The notes: a model not told the origin generated them from the sequence alone. Shown: positions 8,147 through 19,199, numbered from the stretch's first letter. The stretch is DNA of 64,000 bases from Candidatus Tayloriibacteriota bacterium (GCA_018883165.1 VEQN01000003.1:9721-73720), one strand, 5' to 3'. Translations and numbers: made by a program.

Positions 8147-10024
8147 ATGGCAAAAATAATTGGTATTGACTTAGGTACTACAAACTCAGCGGTTGCAATA
8201 ATGGAGGCAGGAGATCCGAAGATTCTCGAAAACATCGAAGGATCACGGACAACCCCTTCAATCGTTGCGGTTTCAAAAAACAACGAACGACTTGTTGGTC
8301 TTCTTGCGAAAAGACAAGCTGTTACAAATCCAAAAAATACCGTATACGGTATCAAACGATTCATTGGTCACAGTTTTGATGAAGCTGGTGTTCAGCAAGA
8401 TTCAAAAACTGTTCCATATGAAATTACAAAAGCACAAAATGGTGGTGTAAAAGTAAAACTTTCAGATAAAGAATATACACCAGAAGAGGTATCAGCGATG
8501 ATCCTCACAAAACTTAAGAATGACGCTGAAGCAAAACTCGGAGAAAAGGTAACTGAAGCAATCATTACAGTACCTGCATACTTCAATGATGCACAGCGAC
8601 AGGCAACAAAGGATGCTGGAAAGATTGCAGGTCTTGAGGTAAAGCGAATCATCAACGAACCAACAGCTGCAGCACTTGCATACGGATTCAACAAAAAGAA
8701 AGATGAGAAAGTGGCTGTATTCGACTTCGGAGGTGGAACATTCGATATTTCAGTTCTCGAAGTAGGAGATGATGTGGTTGAAGTAAAAGCAACAGACGGA
8801 GATCATCGACTTGGTGGTCGAGATATCGACTACAAGATCTTGAACTGGATTGCAGATGAATTCAAGAAAGACCAAGGAATTGATGTGCGAGGTGATGCGC
8901 TTGCAATGCAGCGACTCGACGAGGCAGCTGAGAAGGCAAAAATCGAGCTCTCAACAGCGATTGAGACTGAAATCAACATTCCATTCATTACATCTGACGC
9001 AACAGGTCCAAAGCACCTAGTTATGAAACTCACTCGAGCAAAACTTGAAGAGATTGCTGACGAGTTTGTTGAGCGTGCGATGCAAATCACAAAGCGAGCA
9101 ATCGAAGCTTCACCATTCAAGATTGGAGACATTAACGAGGTGATTCTTGTAGGAGGACAAACTCGAATGCCAAAGATTCAGGAGGCTGTAAAGGCATTCT
9201 TTGGTAAAGAACCAAACAAGAGTATTAACCCTGATGAAGTAGTTGCGCTCGGTGCTGCGATTCAAGGTGGTATCATCGCGGGAGATGTAAAAGATATTCT
9301 TCTTCTTGATGTAATTCCACTTTCACTTGGTATTGAAACAATGGGCGGTGTTGCTACTAAACTCATCGAGAAGAATACGACTATCCCAGCATCAAAATCA
9401 CAGGTATTCTCAACCGCAGCAGACAATCAAACATCTGTAGAAATTCACATTGTTCAAGGTGAACGAGCGATGGCTTCTGACAACAAGTCTCTTGGAAGAT
9501 TCATCCTTGATGGTATTCCACCTGCACCACGTGGTATGCCACAAGTTGAAGTAACATTCGACATTGATGCAAACGGTATCCTCAATGTGAAGGCAAAGGA
9601 CAAGGCAACAAACAAAGAGCAATCAATTCGTATTGAAGCAAGTTCAGGTCTCTCACAAGATGACATTGAACGAATGAAGAAAGATGCTGAGGCACATGAT
9701 GCAGAAGACAAGAAAAAGAAAGATGAGATTGAAGTGAAAAACACCGCAGATCACATCATATATTCTGCGGAAAAAGCATTGAAGGACAGCAAGGACAAGA
9801 TACCAGCGGATGTATCAGCTGGCGTTGAAGCAAAGATTAGTGCACTAAAGACAGTGAAGGATGGAAGTGATATTGAGGCGATTAAAAAAGCTACAGAAGA
9901 ACTTTCAGCTGAAATGTCTAAGATCGGTGAGGCCATAAGTAAGACTGCTAATCCAGAGCAAGCAGCGCAGCCTGAAGCTGGAAACGAAACTGATGGTAAT
10001 GTACGAGAGGCAGAAACAAAATAA
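8147..10024 (+). CDS. dnaK: chaperone DnaK (Hsp70)
   Basis: [18 protein letters not shown] and the full Hsp70 architecture. Confidence 0.95.
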   Translation: MAKIIGIDLGTTNSAVAIMEAGDPKILENIEGSRTTPSIVAVSKNNERLVGLLAKRQAVTNPKNTVYGIKRFIGHSFDEAGVQQDSKTVPYEITKAQNGGVKVKLSDKEYTPEEVSAMILTKLKNDAEAKLGEKVTEAIITVPAYFNDAQRQATKDAGKIAGLEVKRIINEPTAAALAYGFNKKKDEKVAVFDFGGGTFDISVLEVGDDVVEVKATDGDHRLGGRDIDYKILNWIADEFKKDQGIDVRGDALAMQRLDEAAEKAKIELSTAIETEINIPFITSDATGPKHLVMKLTRAKLEEIADEFVERAMQITKRAIEASPFKIGDINEVILVGGQTRMPKIQEAVKAFFGKEPNKSINPDEVVALGAAIQGGIIAGDVKDILLLDVIPLSLGIETMGGVATKLIEKNTTIPASKSQVFSTAADNQTSVEIHIVQGERAMASDNKSLGRFILDGIPPAPRGMPQVEVTFDIDANGILNVKAKDKATNKEQSIRIEASSGLSQDDIERMKKDAEAHDAEDKKKKDEIEVKNTADHIIYSAEKALKDSKDKIPADVSAGVEAKISALKTVKDGSDIEAIKKATEELSAEMSKIGEAISKTANPEQAAQPEAGNETDGNVREAETK

Positions 10025-10091
10025 TTAACCTCGTGTATAGCTTCTGTGGGTGAACATCGCCCACAGGGCGCTATACGCGAACACTAACACC

Positions 10092-11258
10092 ATGTCACAA
10101 GACTATTATAAAATTCTAGGGGTAGACAAAAACGCATCTAAGGATGATATTAAAAAAGCATTCCGTAAGCTTGCGCACCAACACCATCCAGACAAAAACG
10201 GAGGGGACGACAAGAAGTTCAAAGAAGTGAATGAGGCATATACTGTGTTGTCTGATGACCAGAAGCGTGCACAATACGACCAGTTTGGTAGTGCAGGTCC
10301 TAGTACAGGATTTAATGGCGGAGGAGGCTTCGGTGGCTTCGATTTTAGTGGTTTCTCACAAGGATTCAACGGAGCTGATATGGAGTTTGATCTCGGTGAC
10401 ATATTTGGTGGAATATTTGGTGGAGGAAGAAAGAGTTCACGTTCAAAAGAAAAGCGTGGTTCTGATATACAAGTAGATATTGAAATATCTTTTGAAGATT
10501 CTATCTTTGGTACTGAGAAAGAGTTTACGGTTCACCGAACTGACACCTGTACGCATTGTAAAGGAGAAAGAAAAGAACCAGGTACTGATTTTGTGACTTG
10601 TAATACTTGTAACGGGCAAGGGCAAGTGATTGAGAATCGAAGAAGCATGTTTGGAACATTTCAGTCTGCAAGAATGTGTGATACTTGTGACGGTACAGGA
10701 AAAATCCCAAAAGAGAAATGCAGAGAATGTAAAGGTAAAGGTACACAAAACAAAAAAGATACAATACGGGCAGTCATTCCTGCAGGTATAGAATCTGGTG
10801 AGATGCTTCGGGTAACCGGAAAAGGTGAGGCTGTTGCAGGAGGACGAAACGGTGATCTCTTCATCAAAATATATGTACGAAAAGACACAAGACAAGCACG
10901 AAGTGCATACAGCACATCTGATGTCTCATATATTGGAAATGTTAGAAAAGAAGGAAACAATTTGGTAGGTGAGCTGCATATCAAAATTACAGATACACTT
11001 CTTGGTGCTGAAAAAGAACTTGAAACGTTAGATGGAAAAATCACGATTAAAATTCCAAGAGGTATAACTCACGGTGAGATATTAAAAGTAAAAGAGAAGG
11101 GTGTACCGTTTGGCCCAGGATCAGAGAATCCAGAGAAATCTAGAAGCTCATCTGTAAGAAGAGGAGACTTGTTACTTGTGATTAAAATTGATATACCAGA
11201 CAAACTCTCAAAGAATGCACAAAGACTAGTTGATGAATTGAAGGGTGAGGGGGTATAA
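10092..11258 (+). CDS. dnaJ: chaperone DnaJ
   Basis: J domain (DYYKILGV...HPDKN), a G/F-rich region and four CxxCxGxG zinc-finger repeats. ATG at 10092 chosen rather than the upstream alternative start. Confidence 0.9.
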   Translation: MSQDYYKILGVDKNASKDDIKKAFRKLAHQHHPDKNGGDDKKFKEVNEAYTVLSDDQKRAQYDQFGSAGPSTGFNGGGGFGGFDFSGFSQGFNGADMEFDLGDIFGGIFGGGRKSSRSKEKRGSDIQVDIEISFEDSIFGTEKEFTVHRTDTCTHCKGERKEPGTDFVTCNTCNGQGQVIENRRSMFGTFQSARMCDTCDGTGKIPKEKCRECKGKGTQNKKDTIRAVIPAGIESGEMLRVTGKGEAVAGGRNGDLFIKIYVRKDTRQARSAYSTSDVSYIGNVRKEGNNLVGELHIKITDTLLGAEKELETLDGKITIKIPRGITHGEILKVKEKGVPFGPGSENPEKSRSSSVRRGDLLLVIKIDIPDKLSKNAQRLVDELKGEGV

Positions 11259-11266
11259 TATCCGAT

Positions 11267-11776
11267 ATGGATTTCATTTCATCATATCTCTCAACGTTAA
11301 ACATAACACTCATAGCTGTTGTACTACTCCTTACAATTATTTCTTTCTACAGAGGAAGAAGCATTTTGTATTCAATTATTCTTGCATATTTCCCAGCAGC
11401 AATACTATACGCTTCTTTTCCATACAAAAAACAAATGCTGTTCTTCCAAAACGGAGCTGATCAACTATTCTATTCAAACTTGATTATCTTCCTGATATTC
11501 TTCTGTCTTTCTTTTTTCGGGGCAATACGAATAGTGCATAGTGGAGAATCAAGAGCAGGTCTTCATGGTTTCATAGATGCTTTAGTACTCTCGATCTCAG
11601 TGGTACTTCTCACCACAGCATTAACCTTCCATATATTGCCTTACAAAGATATATATAACCTAGGTACACTTGTTCAGAGCTTTTTGAGTAGCAAAATGGG
11701 ATATTTTGTATCCACACTTGTTCCTGTAATAACCATATATTGGATGACTAGAAGGTACCAGCGGGGAGTGTTATAA
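11267..11776 (+). CDS. hypothetical polytopic membrane protein
   Basis: 169 aa with about five hydrophobic helices. No motif recognised. Confidence 0.45.
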   Translation: MDFISSYLSTLNITLIAVVLLLTIISFYRGRSILYSIILAYFPAAILYASFPYKKQMLFFQNGADQLFYSNLIIFLIFFCLSFFGAIRIVHSGESRAGLHGFIDALVLSISVVLLTTALTFHILPYKDIYNLGTLVQSFLSSKMGYFVSTLVPVITIYWMTRRYQRGVL

Positions 11777-11783
11777 GAAAGTA

Positions 11784-11813
11784 TTGACTTTTTATAATAT
11801 AGTGTGGTATAAT
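11784..11813 (+). promoter_or_regulatory. sigma70-like promoter with extended -10 (TTGACT-N18-TGgTATAAT)
   Basis: TTGACT at 11784-11789 and TATAAT at 11808-11813, preceded by TGG. Confidence 0.5.
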
Positions 11814-11868
11814 ATTATTTAGAATACAGATACTCAGTTTTCAACTCAACATCCAACACCCCGACAAC

Positions 11869-12435
11869 ATGAACTCTGCAACGCTCCTTCACATTGCACT
11901 TTCAGTGCTTTCAGTCATCCTTTCAATATTTGTCGACTCACTCATCGAATGGTGGGTCCACAAATACCCCATGCATCGTAAATTGCCAGGGCCATTCTTC
12001 AAGTTTTTGTTTCGTCACCACGTGACGATTCATCACGCGAAGTTCAGTGGTGAAGCGTATCATCACCACAACCATAAAGACCGCGAGACAATCGCGTTTC
12101 CTTTGTGGGTTGGCCCACTCCTGATTCTAACAGCCATCAGCCCATTCTGGGCCTTCAGCTACTACATCGGGAACAACATACCAGTGTACAGCTCACTCGC
12201 TGTGGCCATCCTTTACTATGTGTGTTTCGAGGGCTTTCACCAGCTCATGCATATGGAGGATTACCCAGTAGTTCGCTGGATCAGGAAAAGCAAGTGGTTT
12301 ACTTGGTTGGATACCCACCATGAGATTCATCATCTCAAGGCTGGTGTTAACTTCAACCTAGTCTGTCCACTAGGCGACTATGCCATGGGGACGCTTCTTA
12401 CAGCTTCAGAGTACGCTCTAAAGTTCAAGAAGTGA
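11869..12435 (+). CDS. fatty acid hydroxylase superfamily membrane di-iron oxygenase (sterol desaturase/CrtZ-like His-box protein)
   Basis: Four histidine boxes: HKYPMH (HX4H), HHVTIHH, HQLMH (HX3H) and HHEIHH (HX2HH), within a 188-aa protein with 3-4 TM helices. The pattern is typical of the membrane FA hydroxylase/desaturase superfamily. Confidence 0.6.
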   Translation: MNSATLLHIALSVLSVILSIFVDSLIEWWVHKYPMHRKLPGPFFKFLFRHHVTIHHAKFSGEAYHHHNHKDRETIAFPLWVGPLLILTAISPFWAFSYYIGNNIPVYSSLAVAILYYVCFEGFHQLMHMEDYPVVRWIRKSKWFTWLDTHHEIHHLKAGVNFNLVCPLGDYAMGTLLTASEYALKFKK

Positions 12436-12452
12436 AAGAATGACAACTTGAG

Positions 12453-12485
12453 GCCCACCACCGATTCGTTCGGGGTGGGCTTTTG
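12453..12485 (+). terminator. rho-independent terminator
   Basis: GCCCACC accgattcgttcgg GGTGGGC followed by TTTT. Confidence 0.6.
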
Positions 12486-12537
12486 TCATATTTGCATTTT
12501 TATAAACATATGTTATTATGTTTATACGTAAGCCCAC

Positions 12538-13350
12538 ATGAAAGAAGTGTCGAACAGTCTGATATACAATCACAAAAGCAGACCCCTTGCTAACGCTATT
12601 CATGTCCAAGAGTCATCACGAAAAAAAGACGACAATTCTACAGTCGTCATTTTTTTTAGAAGAATTAGTCAATATGTGTACGATTTCAAATGTGCAGTTA
12701 TCAAAGGATATGCGCGCATTACCCAATACCTCTCATGGTTTGCATTGTGGCCAATGCTTAAGTTTTTTTATCAAATTAAGTACCATGACCGGAAGAACTT
12801 AAAAGGGATCAAACCTCCTGTAATAATCATTGCAAATCATCAAAAGTTTTACGATGCCTTTTTAATCCGACTTGCACTTGGATTCCATTCTAGACTCCTA
12901 CCAATGAGATTCATGGCGGATATGAAATTTCAAGATCCATTCTTAAAGATGGTTAAGAAGACAGGTCTTATACATTTTCTTTATGCAACAACAGGTGTAT
13001 TCACTGTGGAAAAGGGTCTAGGATTGAACAAGAATCTCAAGCGGGCGAAAGCAATACTTAAAAACAAGGGTGTGGTTGCAATGTTTCCAGAGGGAAGATT
13101 GAATAGAACAAAAGAGCTTCTCCAATTCAAAAGAGGAGTATCCGCACTTGCACTTTCATCAAATACCCCAATCTTACCAGTAGTGATCAAGATAGGTGAA
13201 CATGGTACAAGAAATATATTGGGTATGAGGAGAAGAAAAATTGATATTAAAATTGGTATACACAAAAAACTTGAAACACACAGTACATATGAAGAACTTG
13301 CTGAGCAACTACGAACTGACGTACATGAGATACTCAGTTCAATCGAATAA
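12538..13350 (+). CDS. lysophospholipid (1-acyl-glycerol-3-phosphate) acyltransferase family protein
   Basis: HX4D motif (NHQKFYD) and FPEGR motif of the PlsC/LPLAT superfamily. Confidence 0.6.
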   Translation: MKEVSNSLIYNHKSRPLANAIHVQESSRKKDDNSTVVIFFRRISQYVYDFKCAVIKGYARITQYLSWFALWPMLKFFYQIKYHDRKNLKGIKPPVIIIANHQKFYDAFLIRLALGFHSRLLPMRFMADMKFQDPFLKMVKKTGLIHFLYATTGVFTVEKGLGLNKNLKRAKAILKNKGVVAMFPEGRLNRTKELLQFKRGVSALALSSNTPILPVVIKIGEHGTRNILGMRRRKIDIKIGIHKKLETHSTYEELAEQLRTDVHEILSSIE

Positions 13351-13395
13351 TTATACACATGCACAGAATTTGGAAGTGTATGATATCATTTACGC

Positions 13396-14466
13396 ATGAT
13401 TACTGATTTACTTTCAAATCTGTTTAGAAGAAACTTCAGAAAAAGAAAAATTGATTTTGCCTTTCTGATTCATCCTAGGTATACAGGAGACATATATCGT
13501 AAGTACCCAATATTAAAAGTACTACCTGAGTGGGTGGTTAATTTCGCATTATACTATTTCTGGCCAACATACGGTGGAACAATCAAAGGGTTAACACGTG
13601 AGGGCAAACCGATATTTGGCGCTTTGATTATAGTACCAATGCCTTCAAAGCAAATGCTTAAGTATCGTGCAAGAGCAAAGAAAAGAGTACTTGCAGCTGT
13701 AAAACTGGCCGAAGTATATGGAGCTGAAATCGTGGGACTCGGTGCACTAACATCTTCTGTAACAGGTGGAGGACTCGAAATTATGGAGCAAAGCAAGCCC
13801 GTACACCTCACCTCTGGCAACTCACTTACTGCATACACCACAGCAAATGACATCATCGAGAGGGTAAAAAGAGAAGGTGTCAGTGGACCTATCGCTATCA
13901 TTGGTGCAACTGGTTCAATTGGACAAGCAGTTGCTGAAATGCTTTACGAAGAATTGCAAAACGAAATTATTGTGATTGGAAAAAATCCAGAACGTACAGC
14001 TCGTGTTGCTGAACTTCTAAAGGAAAAGAATATTTCAGGTAAACCTGACCCTAAAGCAAGTACGAATGTTCTGGAAGTATCACGAGCGGAAATTTTGGTA
14101 ATTACAACGTCAGCACATGATGCTACCGTTAACAGGGAGATGATAAAAAATGCGAAAATCATCTACGACGTAACACAACCAAAAAATACACCTGAAGATA
14201 TTCAGAATGATTCAAGTATTGTATTTATTGATGGAGGTTTGATTAAACTCCCTGAACAAATTCACCTTACATTGGATGTTGGTCTACCTAAAGGTATTGC
14301 ATATTCTTGTCTATCTGAGACAATGATATTAGCTGCGTCAGAGCGGTTTGATTTGGTATCAGGTTCAAAACTACTTACTGGGAATATCAGAACAATGGGG
14401 GAATTAGCTAAGAAGTTTGAATTTAAGTCACACCAAATTATTACTAACCATGGACATCACATTTGA
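13396..14466 (+). CDS. acyl-ACP reductase (AAR)-like NAD(P)-dependent reductase
   Basis: Hand alignment to cyanobacterial AAR: GLGALTSSV vs ISALGGFTSII; TSGNSLTAYTT vs TTGNTHTAYV; IAIIGATGSIGQAVAEML vs VAVVGATGDIGSAVCRWL; IIVIGKNPERTARV vs LILTARNQERLDNL; YDVTQPKN vs IDGGYPKN. Confidence 0.6.
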   Translation: MITDLLSNLFRRNFRKRKIDFAFLIHPRYTGDIYRKYPILKVLPEWVVNFALYYFWPTYGGTIKGLTREGKPIFGALIIVPMPSKQMLKYRARAKKRVLAAVKLAEVYGAEIVGLGALTSSVTGGGLEIMEQSKPVHLTSGNSLTAYTTANDIIERVKREGVSGPIAIIGATGSIGQAVAEMLYEELQNEIIVIGKNPERTARVAELLKEKNISGKPDPKASTNVLEVSRAEILVITTSAHDATVNREMIKNAKIIYDVTQPKNTPEDIQNDSSIVFIDGGLIKLPEQIHLTLDVGLPKGIAYSCLSETMILAASERFDLVSGSKLLTGNIRTMGELAKKFEFKSHQIITNHGHHI

Positions 14467-16063
14467 TTTAGAGACAACAAGTCTAGTCATCTCAGGACTA
14501 ATCAACCTGATTTTGGTAGTTGTAATTGGTATTCGAAGGAACAAAACAAAAGATACAATATTCTTCCTGCTCTTTAGTATCTCCGTACTCGGTTGGGTAC
14601 TATCACGTCTCCTTTTTGAAATAACTACAGATGTTACATTATTTAGATCTGCACAACTTTTGTATTTCTGTGCAACCTACATCCCGTTGTTCCTATTGTT
14701 GTTTATCGAATCTTTTCCAAGAAAAGAGCATTCATATTCGAGAGGGAAACTTACTCTCATTCTCACACCCGCAATCATTGCAAGTATCTTATGTTGGATA
14801 CCCGGGGCAGTCATTCAAGCTATTTATACAGATTTAGATGGTCATAAGGCAATCACTTTTGGTTGGGCATACCTCTTCTACTTCTTCTATATTATTTCAT
14901 ATTTCTTACTTGGAATAATTAAAATGATAACAAAACACCGAAAAGCTGAGGGTGTCGAGCGGAATCAACTTGAAATTGTATTCTTAAGTATCCTAGTATC
15001 ATCTTCTGTAGGTATGTTTGCTAACCTTATCCTACCTACACTAGGTTCGTTTGAATTCTTTTGGGTAGGACCACTCTTTAGTGTATTTATGGTTCTCACA
15101 ATCGGATATGCCATCGTTAGGTATCAGCTATTTGAGACGAAGCTCATTACCACAGAGTTCATGACTTTCTTCCTGTGGGCACTAATTCTCATCAGAACAA
15201 TATATTCCGGAAGTACACAAGATAGAATTATAAATGGGTTACTATTCCTAGCATCTGTCATCATTGGTTTGTATCTCATCAGAAGTGTAGTAAATGAGAT
15301 ATTCCAAAGAGAGAAGATTGAAACATTGGCTAAAGATCTAGAAAAAGCCAACGAACATCTTCAAGAACTTGATCAACAGAAATCAGAGTTCGTATCTCTT
15401 GCTAGTCATCAGCTACGAGGTCCACTTACTGCCATCAAAGGATATGCATCCATGCTTTTAGACAACGATTTTGGTGAAATTAAAGGAGAAGTACGTGACG
15501 CTGTTGATAAGGTGTACAAATCAACACAAGATCTTGTAGTTGTAGTAGGTGACTATCTCGATGTTTCAAGAATCGAGCAAGGAAGGATGCAGTACGATAT
15601 GTCTGATTTCGATATGAGAGACCTTGTTGCAACAATCGTAACAGAACTTCGTCCGAACATAGAACGTGCTAAACTCACCATGGATTTCGATTTCGACACA
15701 GAGGGTAACTTTACAGTACATGGTGACCAAGGAAAGATTAAGCAGGTAATTGGAAACATTGTTGATAATGCGATTAAATATTGCCCAAGTGGAGGTATAC
15801 ACATTTGGGTTGCACACCGACCTGAGAATAAAGTATTAGTTACCATTTCAGATACAGGAGTAGGTATTCACCCTGATGTACTTCCAAGACTTTTTGAAAA
15901 GTTTACGCGGGCACCTGATGCTTCAAAAACGAACATCATGGGTACTGGTCTTGGTCTATACGTAGCTCGTAAAATGATTGAGGCTCATAACGGTAAGATC
16001 TGGGCTGAGTCACCAGGGGTAGGAAAGGGATCTAGCTTCTTCATTGAACTGGCGTTGGCATAA
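14450..16063 (+). CDS. sensor histidine kinase with N-terminal multi-TM (7TM-type) sensor domain
   Basis: About eight TM helices, then HisKA (SHQLRGPLTAIKGY) and HATPase_c (DNAIKY...GTGLGLY). No response regulator is nearby. Confidence 0.8.
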   Translation: MDITFDLETTSLVISGLINLILVVVIGIRRNKTKDTIFFLLFSISVLGWVLSRLLFEITTDVTLFRSAQLLYFCATYIPLFLLLFIESFPRKEHSYSRGKLTLILTPAIIASILCWIPGAVIQAIYTDLDGHKAITFGWAYLFYFFYIISYFLLGIIKMITKHRKAEGVERNQLEIVFLSILVSSSVGMFANLILPTLGSFEFFWVGPLFSVFMVLTIGYAIVRYQLFETKLITTEFMTFFLWALILIRTIYSGSTQDRIINGLLFLASVIIGLYLIRSVVNEIFQREKIETLAKDLEKANEHLQELDQQKSEFVSLASHQLRGPLTAIKGYASMLLDNDFGEIKGEVRDAVDKVYKSTQDLVVVVGDYLDVSRIEQGRMQYDMSDFDMRDLVATIVTELRPNIERAKLTMDFDFDTEGNFTVHGDQGKIKQVIGNIVDNAIKYCPSGGIHIWVAHRPENKVLVTISDTGVGIHPDVLPRLFEKFTRAPDASKTNIMGTGLGLYVARKMIEAHNGKIWAESPGVGKGSSFFIELALA

Positions 16064-16075
16064 GTTTGGGTAGAT

Positions 16076-17098
16076 ATGATATCATCACAGCATATGAGTA
16101 ATACTCCAATTACAACAACCACGGGCAAAAAAGTCCTTGTTTCTGGTATTAAATCAACCGGAAGACCACATATTGGTAACTATTTCGGTGCCATGAAGCA
16201 ATATGTAGAGATGCAACATGAGTATGATACTCGTATTTTCATTGCAGATCTTCACTCTCTCACTTCAGTACAAAATGGCAGTGAGTTAGCACAGGCAACT
16301 CTTGATCTTGCCATCGACTATATCGCCATTGGGTTAGACCCTGAGAAGGTGACAATATTTAAGCAATCAGACTTACCCGAAGTAACAGAGCTTGGGTGGA
16401 TTTTTAATTGCATCACAACAATGCCATACCTTATGCGTGCTCATTCATTTAAAGATGCAGAGGCAAAAAACAAGGAAATCAATGTCGGTGTCTTTGATTA
16501 CCCAATGCTCATGGCAGCAGATATCCTCATTCACAATGCAGACATTGTTCCAGTTGGAAAAGACCAGAAACAACATGTTGAGTTTGCAAGAGACACTGCT
16601 GAAAAGTTCAACAGAATCTTTAGAGGTGATGGTAAATCATGCGAACCAGAGAATGCACTCTTTAAGCTTCCTGACGTACATATCATTGAATCGGTTGAAA
16701 CTGTTCCTGGTATAGACGGACAAAAGATGAGTAAAAGCTACAACAACCATATTCCACTATTCTCCACAGATGAAGAGCTGAAGAAACTGGTCATGTCCAT
16801 CGTGACAGACTCAAATGGTGGAAAACCAATGAATGTATACAATATGCACAAATTGTTTAGAGACGAAACATATCTTGAGAAACTATATACTAAGAACGAA
16901 GGGAAGTACAAAATATTAAAAGAGGCTTTACTTGAAGACATGATAGCATTCATTAAACCTCTTCGAGAAAAAAGAGAGCAGATAGCAAAAGACCCAGACA
17001 AGGTAAGAAATATCCTTGCTCGAAATGGCGCTCTAATGAGAGAGAAGACACATGCCTTGATGTATGAGGTACGGAAAGCAACAGGACTCATTGTGTAA
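16076..17098 (+). CDS. trpS: tryptophan--tRNA ligase
   Basis: Class I motifs: HIGN and KMSKS (DGQKMSKS). Confidence 0.9.
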   Translation: MISSQHMSNTPITTTTGKKVLVSGIKSTGRPHIGNYFGAMKQYVEMQHEYDTRIFIADLHSLTSVQNGSELAQATLDLAIDYIAIGLDPEKVTIFKQSDLPEVTELGWIFNCITTMPYLMRAHSFKDAEAKNKEINVGVFDYPMLMAADILIHNADIVPVGKDQKQHVEFARDTAEKFNRIFRGDGKSCEPENALFKLPDVHIIESVETVPGIDGQKMSKSYNNHIPLFSTDEELKKLVMSIVTDSNGGKPMNVYNMHKLFRDETYLEKLYTKNEGKYKILKEALLEDMIAFIKPLREKREQIAKDPDKVRNILARNGALMREKTHALMYEVRKATGLIV

Positions 17099-17274
17099 TA
17101 TTTCCTTACCCTTCACGTCAACTAACTGTATGACCCGAGAAATATATACAAAATAATAGGCGAAAGACTTGTTTTAGGCCATATATTTGAGTTTCCTAGA
17201 AACAAGATGACTCTTGAGCCCCACATTGTTCCTTCTTTGTATTTATTCAACCTTTTTAATTCACACAATATTGT

Positions 17275-19095
17275 ATGAAAAAAACCAATTCGATACGTGG
17301 TCTGGTTAGAAGCGTGTTTCGTTCAGTAAAACTGAGTATGAAGTATGCACCATGGCTTACCTCAATCATGGCCGGAACCTTCGTCATATCGTACTCTCTA
17401 CCACTTCTTCAAAGCAAGATCCTCGGAAGCATCATCGACAAGCTCATTGAAGCCCTTACAAAAAACCCAGGGACATCAAGTGTTACTTTCCTTGTGATAC
17501 TGTATGCATCCGTTTGGATTGGGAGCAAACTAGTCTCAGAGATTAGACTGTTTGTAGATAAAAAATGGTCACTTGAGATTGAACAGAATCTTGAAATCAG
17601 CGTCATGAAAAAGAGGGCTGAACTTGATCTTGCAACACACGAGGATCCAAAATTCCAGGACTTAATGCAAAATGCATTTTCTCGTGGTATTTGGCCGATA
17701 TATCAACTTGTAGACTACCAATTCAGAAACACCGGTAACATTGTACTCATCATTCTGTCATCAGTAATTGCCAGTACCATTAGCTGGAAGCTGTACCTTG
17801 TAGCACTCATTTCAGCGATTCCAACATTCTACGTACAGCTTAAGTACGGTAATGAAACATGGACCATTTGGGCAGAGAATAGTCCAAGAAAACGTGTATA
17901 TGAACATATTCGGATGCATCTTCGAAGCAGAACTGGTATTCAGCAAGGAAAGCTTCTTCAAGCCACACAAAGACTTCTCAATCAGGCAACTAAAATTCTT
18001 AGCGATTTCAAACTAGAACAAGAAAAAGTAGACCTGAAGAGAATGCTTCTTTCCATGGCTGCAGGGGTCATATCCGCTGGAGGTTTCGGCTACGCAATGT
18101 ACCTTCTAGTTCAAGATGTGTCTCTAGGAAAAATTACACCTGGTACCTTGGTATTTCTTGTTGGAGTCTTAAGTCAACTTGTATCCTCAATTAGCGGGCT
18201 TCTCGAATCGATGGCACAGCAATATGAGAAGAACTTGTACGCTAGTGACATCTTTAAATTCTTTGACACAGAATCGCGTGTAAAGGATGTTGAAAACCCA
18301 ACAGTGCTCAAACTCGAAAAAGCTCCAACAATTGAGTTTAGGAATGTATCTTTCAAGTATGATGGGCGAGATGATTTGATTCTCGACAATGTGTCTTTCA
18401 CTATTGAATCAGGGGAACATGTTGCACTTGTAGGACAAAACGGTGCAGGTAAGTCAACACTAATAAAACTCATGATGCGAATATACAACCCGACATCTGG
18501 AGATATATTAATTAATGGTATTAATCTGAAAGACATACAGGGTGAATCCTGGATTAGATACGTATCTGTACTCCTTCAAAAATATATTGTGCATGAATTT
18601 AAAGTACGGGACGCCATTTCAATCGGTAGAAGCGAAGTCCCACACTCTGATGAACTTGCGGAATCATCTGCGATACTTTCAGGTGCACATGACTTCGTGA
18701 AGGACTACAAGCACGGGTATAGTCAACAGCTCGGAAAGGAATTTGAAGAGGGAATTGAGCCATCTCAAGGTCAAGAACAAAAGATTGCACTTGCTCGTAC
18801 TCTCTACAGACTTGATATGGGTTACCTACTCATTCTCGATGAGCCAACAGCTGCCATTGACCCACTTGCAGAGACTGAGATATTTGAAAGTATGGAGAAA
18901 GCGACTGTAGGGAAGAACCTTGTCCTCATTACACACAGATTCAACACTGTAAAGGATGTAGACAAAATCATAGTACTTGAACACGGAAAGATTGTAGAAA
19001 TTGGAGACCATGATTCACTCATGAAAAAGAATGGTCACTACAAAGAAATGTTTGAAAGTCAGGCTAAGGGGTTTATTGAAGGTTCGAGAGTATAG
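17275..19095 (+). CDS. ABC transporter, fused permease/ATP-binding exporter
   Basis: Six-TM N-terminal domain, Walker A (GQNGAGKST), Walker B (LLILDEPT) and a degenerate signature (PSQGQEQK instead of LSGGQ). Confidence 0.85.
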   Translation: MKKTNSIRGLVRSVFRSVKLSMKYAPWLTSIMAGTFVISYSLPLLQSKILGSIIDKLIEALTKNPGTSSVTFLVILYASVWIGSKLVSEIRLFVDKKWSLEIEQNLEISVMKKRAELDLATHEDPKFQDLMQNAFSRGIWPIYQLVDYQFRNTGNIVLIILSSVIASTISWKLYLVALISAIPTFYVQLKYGNETWTIWAENSPRKRVYEHIRMHLRSRTGIQQGKLLQATQRLLNQATKILSDFKLEQEKVDLKRMLLSMAAGVISAGGFGYAMYLLVQDVSLGKITPGTLVFLVGVLSQLVSSISGLLESMAQQYEKNLYASDIFKFFDTESRVKDVENPTVLKLEKAPTIEFRNVSFKYDGRDDLILDNVSFTIESGEHVALVGQNGAGKSTLIKLMMRIYNPTSGDILINGINLKDIQGESWIRYVSVLLQKYIVHEFKVRDAISIGRSEVPHSDELAESSAILSGAHDFVKDYKHGYSQQLGKEFEEGIEPSQGQEQKIALARTLYRLDMGYLLILDEPTAAIDPLAETEIFESMEKATVGKNLVLITHRFNTVKDVDKIIVLEHGKIVEIGDHDSLMKKNGHYKEMFESQAKGFIEGSRV

Positions 19096-19098
19096 GTA

Positions 19099-19132
19099 AA
19101 AACACCCCTGGATAAATCTAGGGGTGTTTTTA
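19099..19132 (+). terminator. rho-independent terminator
   Basis: AACACCCCTggataaatctAGGGGTGTT followed by TTT. Confidence 0.6.
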
Positions 19133-19199
19133 CAGTACACCTTTAAAACATAGGTATTTTCTGATATACTCCGTGGGTTATAAAGAAAACACCATAATC

